Positions 42,319 to 56,237 of a stretch of 64,000 bases of DNA are shown in pieces. Source of the DNA: Eledone cirrhosa. Its lineage: Eukaryota. The notes beneath the pieces are model-generated. The model saw nothing but the letters and a program-made list of their open reading frames with translations. It was not told the DNA's origin and did no database searches. Position 1 is the first letter of the stretch. Each line of letters opens with the position of its first letter. A program made the position numbers and the translations under genes. Where the stretch lies: the NCBI GenBank assembly GCA_964016885.1, contig OZ024742.1, positions 98,022,001-98,086,000 on the forward strand, read 5' to 3'.

Positions 42319-45300
42319 TGTGTGTGTGTTTGCGTGCTTGCTTGTGTGTATCCGTTTTTCTGTGTGTGTATTTGCGTGCGTGGTGTCTGTGTCTGTATTA
42401 TTTTGACGTGTGTGTGCACGTGAGTTTGTATAAACCGTCATACTAATTTCCAATAATGATGAATCTATCGAACAGCTTTTCCAAAAATAGTGTTCTTTAA
42501 CGTTTTTTATTCTCCAACTTATACGTATTTATCTATAAAATATTCTAATTCTACTGTCAAAGCTCGTTTTTTTACGATAAAAGACTTTCTGTCTTCTCCT
42601 CACCATCTTCCTATTGTAATGCTGAGTTCGATTATCTCAAAGACTACGCGATTTCCTCTTTTCTAATTTCAGAGTTTATTTCAAACTTTCTTATCTCATG
42701 TTCATCGTTATGTTATATCATTAAGGATTAATCCAGAATCATTAATTTTCTTGCTTTCCTTTTTTAAGCGCCTCTCTCTCGCCTCTCTTTCCTTTTCTTC
42801 CCCTTTCTTTCCGTCATAATATATTCCTTTTATCTTATTTTGGCAGTGTGTTTCATCTGTTTCAATTCATTATTTTCCTACTCACTCGCTCACTTCACAT
42901 GTTTAATTCTTTTGAAATATACAAGAATCTTACATGCAGACATATACACATAATTGAATAGTGTTACACTGTATTGGCAAATATATTTTTACGTATACTG
43001 AGTCTTGCTTTAATCTGTTATGCTTTAATTAAAATCGTTGTGCTAAATAAGTCAGTTAAAAGATAAGTAATATTTAGTACTAGGTCATTGGATTGCCAGA
43101 ATCGTTACGATGTCAGATAAATACTTAGCAGTAGTTGTTCCTGTTCATTACTTTCTTAGTGCAAATCCTGTCGATGTCAGCATGTCCTTTCACTTCTCTG
43201 GTGTCGATAAAGTAAAATACTAGTCAAGCACTGGAGCTGGTATAATCGACCTTGTGATTACCAACAATTATGTTAGTTACTATAAGCCATTTCTTTGGTT
43301 TTACTTGTCAAACTTGAATCTCATCCTTTCAAGGTTGACAAATAAATTACAAGTCTGGGGATGTTTAATTGTCAAATTATTAAAAAAGATTTGCGGCATC
43401 TGATCCGACTTTGTGCGTTCTATCTTCAAATCCTGCCTCGTTCTATCAGCAGTTGCTACCGACAGGTAGTATCAACAATGGAAAGGGTAAAGGATAGCCT
43501 GATCGGACGATTAGAATCCATGCTTACCATAAGGTTACGCTCATTGTACTGTGTTTAAAGTAAATACATCTAACCCGTTTTAGAGTTATTTCATCAGGTT
43601 GTTATTACGTATCATGCAAATGTATATATATTTTCTGACAGCTTTGTACAAATGATAGGTTTGTTAACTTTCAATGTTGCATTCAAAACTAAACCAAAAG
43701 TGCTGAAACCCCACCTGGGTCTACAACAAAGACTGTTTCTATTTATCTAAAATTATTCTGCCTTAATTTTATGTTAGAACATTTACTTAAGTTCAAAACA
43801 CCAGCTTCATAATGTGAAAGTTAGATATATTACTAATTCAATCGAAATTTCAAATTATTTTCAAAAAGTAGACTTTCAAAAAACGTCGGTATACAAAGTG
43901 AAAAACACTCTAATGTATTGGAATGTTTTGTAGTGTCATACAAAACATGAGGAGGGGCAAAAGAAAGAAAAAAACAGGAAAACAAATAATTTCTCTTCTG
44001 TTTCAAAAATCGTAGGAAATCTATAGACGTTTTCTATTGTGATATGAAATATATGTGTTCAGCTTTTGACATTGATATATTTATTTCAAATTTGGTAAAA
44101 GTCAGCAAATTTGGGGTGCTGGTAGCAAATTTGAGCAAATAGACCCCAATACTTCACTGATACTTTATTTTAGTGGAAATGCGAATTTGAACTTGGTATG
44201 TTTTGAACTCTGTTTTGAACTCTGAATGTAAAAGCCGGAACAAAATACAAAATAGCATCAACCGACACTTAACCAATTCTACCAATTCACCAACCTCACC
44301 TTTGACATTAATATAATGGCAAGTGTAACAATTATCAATTTATGTATATTATAGTTAATAAAACAATATATATGTAAAGTATATCTGCGAAAACTATTTA
44401 TCAATTTAAATAACACAAATTAAATGCCATATATAACCGCTGGTTATATATGGCATGATAATTATAACAGCTGATCTATTGGCTGACATGACAGAGAGCT
44501 TGATCAAATGCATTGCATATACTTTATGTCGTAACTGTATTCTCTCGAAAATGTTTTTATCAATTATGATTACACTTGTAATAATGGAAAACGTTAGAAC
44601 TAGTGGAACTGTTAGCAGGAAAGGCAAGTGAGCTCACATTGATTAGAATTTGTATAAAAGTACTGCAGTGTTTAGTCTCAGTAGACACGTATTTACACCA
44701 AAATACCGAGATATAAGCGACATCAATGTCCGTAAATACGACTTATAAGTAATAAGTGTGGCTACGTTTGAGAATCACAATTGAATCTTTATTAACAGAC
44801 AAATGTGCGCATATATATATTTTATCGACCGATTGTGGCAGAGTATGTGTCCATTCACCCATTATATTACATAATAATTTCCTTTCTCCAAGAATCTAAA
44901 AAGTTTTTATAAATAATATACGATGTGTAATAAACGAATCTCAAGGTTTAAGTTCATATCAGAACATACATTCCATTATATGGCATCTTGTGACAACTTT
45001 AGGTGAGAATCAGTTTGCAATCCTACATAAATATAATACCCATAGATTTATAGGAAAATATAATAAGAGTGTGTAATGTTCCCGTTTCTCTTGAATTATG
45101 TTCGTGGCGTTGTAATTAGCCATCTGAGTGAAATGAATTCTCTACCACCAAAAGCTGTGGATTCAATTTACCTGAAGTTTATCACTACTCATCGACACTT
45201 ATCATTTATATAGTAGAAAATTGATCTCTTTACATAGAATTCTCAGCGAAAATGAGATTCTGTGATGTCCACGACTTACCCAAGAGAATTAGATATGAAA

Positions 45301-46589
45301 GCATAGAAATATTGCTATAATTGGAAAGCCTAAGACCAGTTACGAGTATAGGTTTGCAAGCTCTGTTTACCTCTATTACACTACGGTGTTCAAACTAATA
45401 TACGCACGAAAATATCAATAAAAATAGGTGTTGATACGAACAACAGTAGAGTGCACAATACATATATGTACATACATGCACACACATGTATATAGATGCA
45501 CACACATGTATATACATATACTTGTGTGTGAATGTTAAAAGTTCTATATTTATATGTAAATATATACATGTGTGTGTGTTTGCGTATGTGAGTATTCGAG
45601 CGCGCGCGCGGGATTGTGTTTGTTTGTGAGTGTGTGTGTATGTGTGTGTGTGTGTCTGTGCATGTGTGTGTGTGTGTGTTAGATGGTATGCTCTGTTTAG
45701 AATAACATTTCAAAGACCTTTGATCGAATATATATATATATGATATATTCCCTGGGATCCTCTTCTAAAGATGATTTAGTTTTCATATAGGTATGAAATA
45801 TGCAGTGGCGATGATTTATCTTTAGCGGACTACTTTTTTCGAGTTGGTCCCTTTGTGCTGTTTCAGGTGTCTTGGACTTGCTGCCTATGCCCCTGTCTAT
45901 AACAATGTTTTTCATTCTTTCTCTGGAAAGCCAGTGACACGTTTCGGCCGGCTCCTGTTACGATCTGACGAAATTATCTTAGTTTTTGCACCTGGCTGAC
46001 TTGACAAAACTATGCCTGATATTGTCGGAATATTGTTAACGGAACCTGTAGTGCTAATGATAGCGTTTTGATCGTTGAACTCAGTGACAACGGCATTAGC
46101 GATCTTATATGCTAGAGTCTGTAGGTGCGCTCTTGATCGTAATGGTGATGATGGTAGTGTGTTCTCTTTTAATTTGATGGTTGTATTAAGAGTTCTGTTT
46201 TTTCTGGTGCTATTCTTCCTTCGTATAGTGTTCTGACTATTTCCTAATTTCAAAATACAGTGTTTGTTGCTTCTGCTAAGTACCTACTATTTAGTTGGAG
46301 GTGGGTATTCAGAATTATATCTATGAGGGTGAAATGCGCCTAGTAGGTTATTTTCATTGTGTGGAAGATTTTAACTGTTCTGTAATACAGAATGCGAAAA
46401 GCAATCTTATTTTAAAAAAAAGTAATAATAATAAAATAAATAAATAAACTGAAAAAATACATTAAAGTATTAACAACATTTTAACGTAATTTTATCAAAA
46501 CACATGTTATAAAGTAATGAAAACCAAAGTAACTTACATAACTGATCGAATACGTTTGAAGCAAACGTAAGTAGTAACATAGACAACAA

Positions 46590-47120
46590 CAACGTTTCCT
46601 GATTTAGGCCCATGTCCAGCAATATTGCAGGAGGAGCAAGCCGATTAAATCACCCCAATGCATTACTGGTATTTTATTTTATCGATCCTGAAAGGATGAC
46701 ATGCAGAGCTAACCTTTGTTTTCTTTGAACTCAGAACATAATGGACCGTAACTATATGCCTCAAAGCATGTTTTTCCTCATTCTACCGATTTTGCCAATC
46801 CAGCGCCCTTATGGTTTGTGATTTAGGCACAAGGTCATCAATTTTGGCGGTGAGGAAATTCGATTAAATAGATTCCAATGCGTTACTAGTACTTTATTTT
46901 ATTGACCCCGTAAAAAGGAAAACGACGTTAATCTCAGCCGGATTTGAAATCAGAATGGAGAAAGTTGCAACTACATAGATTTTATCGACGACAGAAAGAT
47001 GAAAGCTAAACATGTAAAGCTAAGTTGACCTCGACAAGGTTTCAACTCAGAAAATTTAGAGCGTGAACAGCAGAAAGTAATTCATCATACGTTCTAACAG
47101 TTGTGCTGAACCAACGCTCT
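46590..47120 (-). mobile_element. Cluster of 2-3 degraded SINE copies
   Basis: Repeated cattactggta..ttattttatcga and ttgaactcagaa remnants. Confidence 0.75.
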
Positions 47121-47209
47121 GATATTCAAATGTTATATGAGGGAAAACCGTTAAAAGCAGAAGCCCCATTTACACGGAAATAAATCTGATATTCAAGAGT
47201 GTATTATAG

Positions 47210-47247
<38 letters not shown>

Positions 47248-47478
47248 CTGTGTGTGTATATGTATATATATGTATATATATATATATATATAATAACGAC
47301 GAATCATTAACTTGTATAGATAGTATCATCTCCATTAAAGATTGCCGTCAATTTTCGAGATCTTTATGTCTTAATTATATACATTCTTATATCTCTATCT
47401 GTCTGATAGAGTCTTTTATCTCCACCTCGCTCATTCTCTCCGTCCCTCTCTTCCGATTTCTGTCCAATTTCTCATGTA

Positions 47479-47541
<63 letters not shown>

Positions 47542-48534
47542 GTGTATGTGTGTGTGTCTTCGTTTCTCTATATCACTAACCATCGAAATCCTCTCCCCCA
47601 TCTCTCTCTCTCTCTCTCACTCACTCTCACTCTCTCTCTCTCTCTCTCTCTTCTCAGTTTATTTATCAATTTGCCAATTTATCTAAGTGATCCATCCGCC
47701 ATCAATATATCAATGTGCATAGATATCATCAGCCATTTGTTGCTGCTGCTGTTATGGTCGAGGTTATTGTTGCTGTTGCTATTGTTCTTATTACGGTAGT
47801 AGTGTGGGTACTAGTGGTCTGTTGTTGTTGTTGTTGGTGTGTGCCTACTGCTGTATTGCTGTTGGTATTGTTGTTTCTGTAGTTGTAGTGGAAGTGGTGG
47901 TTATGTGGACAATGGTGCACTATTGCTGTAATTATTATTGTTGTTGTGTGTGTGATTGTGGTGGTAGTGGCTGTGGTGGTGGTAGTAGTGGGTGTGTTGG
48001 AGTTGGTGCACTGTTGCTCTGGTATTTGTTATTGTTGTTGGAGATAGGGATAATGGTTGTGGTGGTTTTGAGGCTACTGGTTTACGGCTGGGCTTGTTAT
48101 TCTCATTGCTGTTGTTATAGTGAGTGTGGGTGCTCATGTACTGTTTCTCTTGCTGGTTGTCGTATTCATGTTGTTGTGGTTGGTTGTCGTTTCGCTGTTG
48201 TTGTTGTGTATGTTGTTATTGTTGTTGTTGGTGGTCTTGTTATTGTGGTCAATGAAAGCATTGATCTCTGAAACTCTTGAGCCATTTGTCTAATCAACAA
48301 TCTATAGAATTTGTCTGACAAGCTTGCGATCTATTTATTTGGTAATCCATCTAGATATGTGTGTGCATGTGTGTGCATGCATCTGTGTATAAGTGTGTGC
48401 ATATGTGTTTGTATAGAAGAGTGTATAGATGTGTGTGTGTGAACAAGAAAATGGGGGAGAGAGTATGAGAGGAAAAAGAGGGATAGATAGAAATAAATTC
48501 TGTGTGTGTGTATTTGTTTATGTGAATTTGTATG

Positions 48535-48653
<119 letters not shown>

Positions 48654-48725
48654 GTACATATATATATAAATATATATATGTATATATATTTACATATATA
48701 TACATATGATAAATATATGTGTATG

Positions 48726-48756
<31 letters not shown>

Positions 48757-48786
48757 GTACATATATCTATATATGTATATATGTAT

Positions 48787-48822
<36 letters not shown>

Positions 48823-48877
48823 GTACATACATATAATATATATATATATGTGTGTGTGTGTGCGTGTATGCGTATAT

Positions 48878-48940
<63 letters not shown>

Positions 48941-49279
48941 CGGGAGGCATGTAAATGAATTACGAAAATGGGTGATAAAGAAAGGAGAGAAAGAGAGGGA
49001 GAAAGTACAGAGAGGGTGAGATACACAGAAGAAAAACAGAAAATATGTATGGATGTGTATCTGCGTATGTGTATGTGCGCATCTCTATCTGCATCCATGT
49101 AGCAGCTGACCTGACTGCCAGCCTGTTTACAAATTGTATTTATCTAAACATCCACACGTAATCCTTACACAGCTTACATGTACAAAATAACCAAGGCTAT
49201 TCTTTTATTATTTTGCAAGTATTTCAGTAAATACGGCTGTGGCCATGCTATTCATGGATCACGTAACTATATGTGTGTG

Positions 49280-49311
<32 letters not shown>

Positions 49312-49337
49312 TGTATGTATGTATGTATGTATGTATG

Positions 49338-52300
49338 GAAATATCCCTCAGGCAGACAAAGTCATCGTGCTTGGTGACTTTAATGCTAGAGTGGGTAGGG
49401 ATTTTAACACATGGAATGTAATCGGAAGGCATGGGTGGGAAAGTGTAACAACAATGGTATGCTCCTGCTGCAGATGTGTGAGGATCTGGATCTGTGTGTT
49501 ACCAACACCATGTTCCAACAAAAGAACAAATTCAAGACCACATGGTTGCATCCTGCATCTAAGGAATGGCATCTTTTGGAATACGTCCTAGTCAGGATGC
49601 GTGACAGATAGGATGTGCAGTGTGTTCGTGCTCTACGTGGATCTGAGTGCTGGACGGACCACCGCCTGGTACGCGCAAAAGTGAAACTAATCACTAAACG
49701 TAAAATCCGGGCTCCTGGTTTTGCCCTGCCCAAAAGATTGAATGCTGCTCGTCTTAAGGATAAAAATATGAAGAGAACATTGGAAGAAGAGATGCAGGCT
49801 GCAGATCTTGGTGAGGATTGGCCGACCCTTAAAAAGTCGGTTTATGATGTAGGCAGGCGTGTTCTGGGATTGGTGCAGAGAAAACATCAGGACTGGTTTA
49901 ATGAGAATGATGTACATATAGAAGACTTGTTGGCTGATAAGAGGCGTGCTCTGTCACGCTACTTGACGGCAAAACCACAGGAGAGGAATACGTTGCATGA
50001 GGAACTCAGGGATGTAAAATCACGTGTTAGGCGGAGTCTTTCTCAGATGAAGGATCAGTGGTGGAGTGAGAAGGCTGGTGAGATACAAACTGCGTCAGAT
50101 TCCAATAACACAAAGCTGTTGTACAGCCTCTTGCGTGAGGTTTATGGACCGTCTTCTTCTTTGGTGACACCGCTTCGCAGCAAGGATGGCAACGAACTTC
50201 TTCGTGACTCACAAGGAATTCTACGAAGGTGGCGAGAGCACTTTGATGATCTTTTGAATCAGCCGTCTGTCGTCAGTGAAGATTTCCTCAATCTCATTCC
50301 AGAAAATCCTGTGAAAGTAGCTCTCGCAGCACCTCTGACGCTTGTGGAGATTGCAGTGGCTATTTAGAAGCTGAACAGTGGAAGATCTCCAGGTATGGAT
50401 GGCATACATGCTGAGCCCCTACAATATGGTGGTGAGAGACTCCTGCAATATCTTCACTCTTTGTTTGGCAGGATATGGGCTAATGAATCCGTACCTGAGG
50501 ACTGGAGAGATGCAGTAATGGTGGTCTTGTACAAGGGAAAGGGTAACAGGAATGATTGTGGGAACTACAGAGGTATATCATTGCTTTCTGCCGTAGGGAA
50601 AGTTTTATGTAGGGTGCTTCTGGACCGTCTGCTGACACACATTGCAGATTATGTTCTTCCTGAAAGTCAATCTGTTTTTCGTGCTGGACGCGGCAATACT
50701 GATATGATCTTCTCAGCTAGACAGCTCCAGGAGAAGTGCATGGAACAAGGCTTGGATCTGTATCAGGTTTTTGTCGATCTGACAAAAGCTTTCGATACTG
50801 TTAACAGAGATGCATTATGGAAGGTTCTCCAGAAACTTGGTTGCCCTAATAAGTTCCTTGCTTTAGTTAGGTCATTCCATGACGACATGAAGGCTTGGGT
50901 TAATGTCGGAGGTAACATGTCGGAGCCTATCTCAGTAAAAAATAGAGTGAAACAGGGGGATATTCCAGCACCGACCCTGTTTGCCATATACTTTGCAATG
51001 GTTTTCTGTATTGCATTCAGGAATTGAGAGCATGGTGTTTACATTCGATATCGAACCTCAGGCAGCATATTTAACATCAGGCGCTTTGCTGCTAAGACAA
51101 AAGTATTTACATCAATCATAAGAGACCTCTTGTATGCAGATGATTGCGATCTTGTAGCGCACACAGAGAGTGATATGCAGCACATTATGAATGCATTTTC
51201 TGACGCTTGCACTGCCCTATGATTGACTGTCAGTCTCAAGAAAACCGTCGTCATGTACCAACCTGCCCCTGGTAAGCAGTACACTGAACCAAACATCTAT
51301 GTGTATGGCAAACGACTTGGAGTGGTTGATCAGTTTGTCTACCTGGGAAGCACTGTCGATCGATACAGCAACCTTGACAGTGAAATCTCACTTAGGATTA
51401 GGAAAGCAAGTGATGCTTTAGGAAAGCTAGAAAGGCCACTCTGGTGTCGGCGAGACATATGCAGGAGGACAAAGATAAAGGTGTACAGGGCATGTGTGCT
51501 CTCTTGTCTTCTTTATGCCTGAAAGACCTGGGTCACATATCGACACCACCTTAATCAATTGGAGCGTTTCCATCAGATGTATCTCAGACGGATCCATGGT
51601 GCTCACTGGAGGGACCACACCGGTGATGTCGAGATTTTGGAAAGCTCTATGTGTGACAGTATAGAAGCTCTTGTGCTTAAGCAACGACTCCGTTGGAGTG
51701 GTTACCTTGCCAGGGTGAAGGATTCCAGAATACCAAAACAACTCTTATATGGAGAGTTGGTTAAAGGAAAACGACAGTCACATAAACCAAAAAAGAGGTT
51801 TAAGGATTCTCTGAAAGACGCTAAAATCTGCTGATACATGGGAAAACGTTGCTACTGATCGTAATAAATGGAGAAAGACTGTATATGAGGGAAAAGTTGC
51901 CTTTGAGGCATCTCGAATCGCATACGAGAAAGTAAAGCGGGATGTGAGGAAGGGCATTGCTGTTGCACTTCCAGACGGCGAGGGTCCTCCTATGGTGCTG
52001 ACATGCAGCGTCTGTGCGAAACTCTGCCTAAGCAAAGCTGGACTCGAAAGTCATCTTCGCAGTCATAAAGCAAGACCAGTGGTTGACTACCAGGCTGCTG
52101 TTGGAGATGCTACTCTTCATGCTGGCCAAACATGTGGTAGAGAATGTAAATCAGCAGGAGGGCTCAAGCGACATGCAAAAGTACACGAACTCCAACCACA
52201 GCCGACTATTCCCAGTGAATGTTTTGGTTGCCGACTCTGTGCAAGACATTTTAGATCATTGGCTGGGCTAAAAAGCCACATTCGATCGCAGCGCTGTTAA

Positions 52301-52437
52301 TTGCTATCGTGTGTGTGTGTATAGATATGCTTATGTGTGTGCGTGTATGTGTATATATATATGTATATGTATATTATTATTGTTGTTGTCGTTATTATTA
52401 TTGTTGTTATTATTATTATTATTATTATTGTTATTAA

Positions 52438-52503
<66 letters not shown>

Positions 52504-52508
52504 TATAA

Positions 52509-52575
<67 letters not shown>

Positions 52576-52648
52576 TTTTTTATATATTTATTAATTTTTT
52601 TTTCTCCTCGTGCAATGGCCATACTCGATAATGAGGGGGCAGCCATCA
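49338..52648 (+). mobile_element. 5'-truncated RTE-clade LINE (partial APE, RT, three C2H2 fingers), pseudogenised
   Basis: GDFNARVG, WTDHRLV, SPGMDGI, NYRGISLLS, FVDLTKAFD, KQGDIPAPTLF, LLYADDC, YLGS, RLRWSG; several stops and frameshifts; flanked by (TATG)n on both sides. Confidence 0.96.
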
Positions 52649-52809
52649 TGTATGTATGTATGTATGTATGTATGTATGTATGTATGTATGTATGTATGTA
52701 TGTATGTATGTATGTATGTATGTGTGTATGTACGTAAGACTTTATGTATGTATATATATACGTATGTATATATATATATATATATGAGTATATATATAAA
52801 TATGTATAA

Positions 52810-52889
<80 letters not shown>

Positions 52890-52949
52890 GCGTGTGTATG
52901 TGTGTGTGGTGTGTGTGTGTGTCTGTGTGTGTGTGAGTGTGTGTGTGCT

Positions 52950-55470
52950 TGGTAAACATAGATCTCTGCTGAGGGTGTTACTGTACGCAGTCTACGAATG
53001 CAGGAGATAACGCCTCATCAGTTGGTGAAGTATCTCTGCAGGTGTGTCGGCCCCTTTCACCGCGACACTAGAACTACTCGGGGTCTCCCACCGGTGTAGG
53101 CAATGAAAATCCTGCGCCACAGCACAATCTCTGATGAGCTTGGTGTTGTGATTAGGTCCAGCTCAACGCCTCAGCAAATCGGAGTCATAACACCTCCGGT
53201 CGAGCGTTACCATCCACCTCATTTTGTTAATATCAACATTGATCTTCTCTTTTGTGTCATGTGTAGTAACCCACTTTCTAAAATCTTGCCGATAATGCTC
53301 TGAAAAAGGATTTCCTTTCCTTTCCCGCCCGTTCAATGCACCTAATGAACGAATTAACACTGGTTTCGATAAATCCTCTGAGTACTTCATTTACATGAAA
53401 CAGGATGTCTCCTATCCACAGGCTTCATAGAGTTCAACAAACTCACTGTAATTCCTAACTTTCCTTTTGAATGTATCATCCATATTAGCCTCCCAAGGGA
53501 TAGTAAGCTCTACCATCTTCGCGATCTCCCTTTGCTTGCACCAGAACACGAGGTGGGTCTTTCTGTGATAATAAGGAGAAAGTAGTATTTGCCGTCCTGT
53601 TCAAATGAGACCTCCTAGATCTCCTTCTATTTTGAGTCAGTCCCTTTCAAATTGTGGCTGGCTTGAGGTGTTCTTCTATATAAAACCTCATCTTGTTTTT
53701 CCGCTCTAGCCGTAGTATCTCTGTGTTGTTCATCCTCTTTACCATCTCCTCCACTCAATCAGCCAGTGCTCTAAGCACCTGGTTATGCCGCTATGTTCCT
53801 TAAGCCCAGTAGGTAGCTGGATAGTATGTGTCTCACCCTTTCCGTCTTTCCTCATTTGTACAAGCCTCTCTCTTTACTTTCGAACGTTTGGGGTTTGTGG
53901 AACAAGGAAGCATCTCATAGACAAAGCGAAACAGAAAACTAGGTCTGACTGGCTCCAATGACCACAATTACTTCCAACCGATCTTCCGCTCAACCACAAA
54001 CTCCTCTAAGGACACACATTGTTCTTGTTGGCCACATAACGACTTCATATTTCCTCCCTTTTTCTCTAGTCAACTACCGTAACGCTTCTCTCCCTCTGAT
54101 ACATACCGTAATATGGTCTGAATTAGGAACTGCCAAGTGAAGGACTTACTATAAAATTGTAGGCCATGAAGAAAGGCCATGAATTACTCCATTTCCTCCG
54201 ATGCCATCCATTTTTTATCTCTCATGAGACCAGGTTGGGAGCAGCAGATGTTTTGGTTACTTGAATGGTGCAGCATCAGCACGGTCTAAACGTTACCCAC
54301 TTGTATTGCTTGACCACCGATACGATAAGTAATTCTAATGGACCACCATTTTTGTGCAAATTGGCACATGCAGCCACCTGAGCAAATTGCCAAACGCAGC
54401 CACTTTAGGAAATAGATGTTGTATTTCCACTCAATGATCTCAACAGGCATTAAAGCAGCTTCATACACCATTAGTTGCCACTGCAGTCGGTGGCACAATG
54501 GAATCTGCATGCTCCAGTTCTTGAACTTAACTGGATATAATGTCTCCTCTATTGCTGAAAGTTCATCCTCGGCCATCTTATGGATGCCTAACCCCTCACT
54601 TCTATCATTGAGTAACTCATAGTAAAGTGTCCCTAGAGGCTTCAAAGACTTTTCTGCAATCGCGGCATGATCTCGTCTACAGATGTATACTTCATTTTAT
54701 GTTGGCCTCCACACTACAGGAATATTTGGTTTGAAGTTCGTCACCACCCAGCGTATTAGCTCATGTAGTTGGTGCAGGATTTCCACCATTAACTTCTTGT
54801 ATTTTGTTAACAATGTTATGTTACCCATGAACTCTTTCACTGGGGAGCGAATCTTCATTTCACATTCCTGAAAGTTTGTACCTCATCTGATGAATTCCAT
54901 TTCAAGCACGAACCATTTGACTAATATTGCGTACTCAGCTGCAATCCCTACTACCAGCTTGTGCCTCGGTGTTGTACAGTTCCTATAAACGTCAGTAAAA
55001 CATGCTGTAATAGTTCTTCATAAGTATCCCGTCCTCCGGAGGCATCCAGAAGAGCTGTTTGTGTAAGACTCACCCTAAACCATTTGCCAGGTCAAGTCAC
55101 ACAATTGCCATGTCACTTTTCACTCTCTTCCTTGTCTGTATGTGATCCCTGATCATGTTCACCTTTTCTATGCATGCATATTCACAGAGACACCAGCTTT
55201 TTGAGATACCAGCCTTTTACACCGTACCGCTGATGTAGACATTATCCAACAGAAATATTATCAGTCATCTGGCAATAATCCCGAGGAATATTTTTTCATA
55301 TAATTTCCGTAGAAAAAATGGCGTAAACGTGTCAGGTGTTGGGGAATTTTGCAAATGGGGAAGACAGAGCCTTCTGCTCTAGCACAGCAATCCACAAGCT
55401 TTTCTAAGAGTGATAAAAAGCCTGTTCGTCAGAGTGAGGCAATTCTTGTAGACACTGTATGGCACAAATA
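52950..55470 (-). mobile_element. Decayed HERO-like RLE non-LTR retrotransposon
   Basis: VPYSVYKNC, V*LDLAN, KPLGTLY...PVKFKNWSMQ...LMVYE...KWL, and RLE region LVFWCKQ...VELTIPWE. Confidence 0.8.
52999..53068 (-). ncRNA. Permuted/pseudoknotted hammerhead-like structure in the HERO-like 3' UTR
   Basis: gtGTC-gcggtgaa-aggg-gcc-GAcA-cacc-tgcagagatac-ttcaccaa-CTGATGA-ggc-gttatctcctgca. Confidence 0.55.
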
Positions 55471-56051
55471 AGTGATAATGACACAAAAATGGCATTAACT
55501 TCTTCTTGTTTAAAAAGCGTTTCTTAGACTATCACTTGTATCCTAATTCTCATGCATCTACTACTATAACTGACTTCATATATTTGGGCTTCATTTAGCC
55601 AGATGTATTTTTTCCATTGTTGCAATAACTTGGTGAGAACGCTCTCAGTATTCGTCACTCACTAGAATTTGATGGGAAGAAATCCAAGAATAAATGAAGA
55701 ACGTGGATATGCAAGGGCATATTACAGACCAGCATCTAGTGAGAAATCAGTAGATTTGGCGCAGGCTTTAAGTAGTTTCCGCTCTGTAATTTCCTAGAAA
55801 ATACTGTAATATTGGTCGAAAATTTTCCACACTTAAAACTTTTTCCAAAAGAATTCGGCCAAATTCTTCGTTTTTTGTGAGTTCACGAATTTGGAGTCCG
55901 ACAAATTGCCCACGTTAAATTTCGCTTAACTTAGTTTTGGCAACTTCCTTCTCAGATACTGTCTTGTTTCATATAGAATTTCTATCAAATTGTTCAGGAA
56001 AAGTGAATGATTAGGAAGAGGCAATATGAAAACATTATTGCATTATATTTC

Positions 56052-56237
56052 TGTGGATTGGCAGTATCGGTACAGATTCGGACACCATGCTCTGACGCAT
56101 TGAGTTACGCCCCTTGCCATTCTGAGTTCTAATCTCGCAGAGGTTAACTTTGCCTTTCATCCTTACGGGGTCGATAAAATAAAGTACCAGTAATGTACTG
56201 GCTAATTGCTGGCCTTGTGCCAAATGTAGAAACAATT
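56052..56237 (+). mobile_element. tRNA-derived SINE with TSD attatatttct
   Basis: Family match; flanking direct repeat. Confidence 0.9.

Noticed and set aside
47700-48280. 155-aa hydrophobic, Cys-rich ORF
   Set aside because: Degenerate (GTT)/(GTG) trinucleotide low-complexity tract
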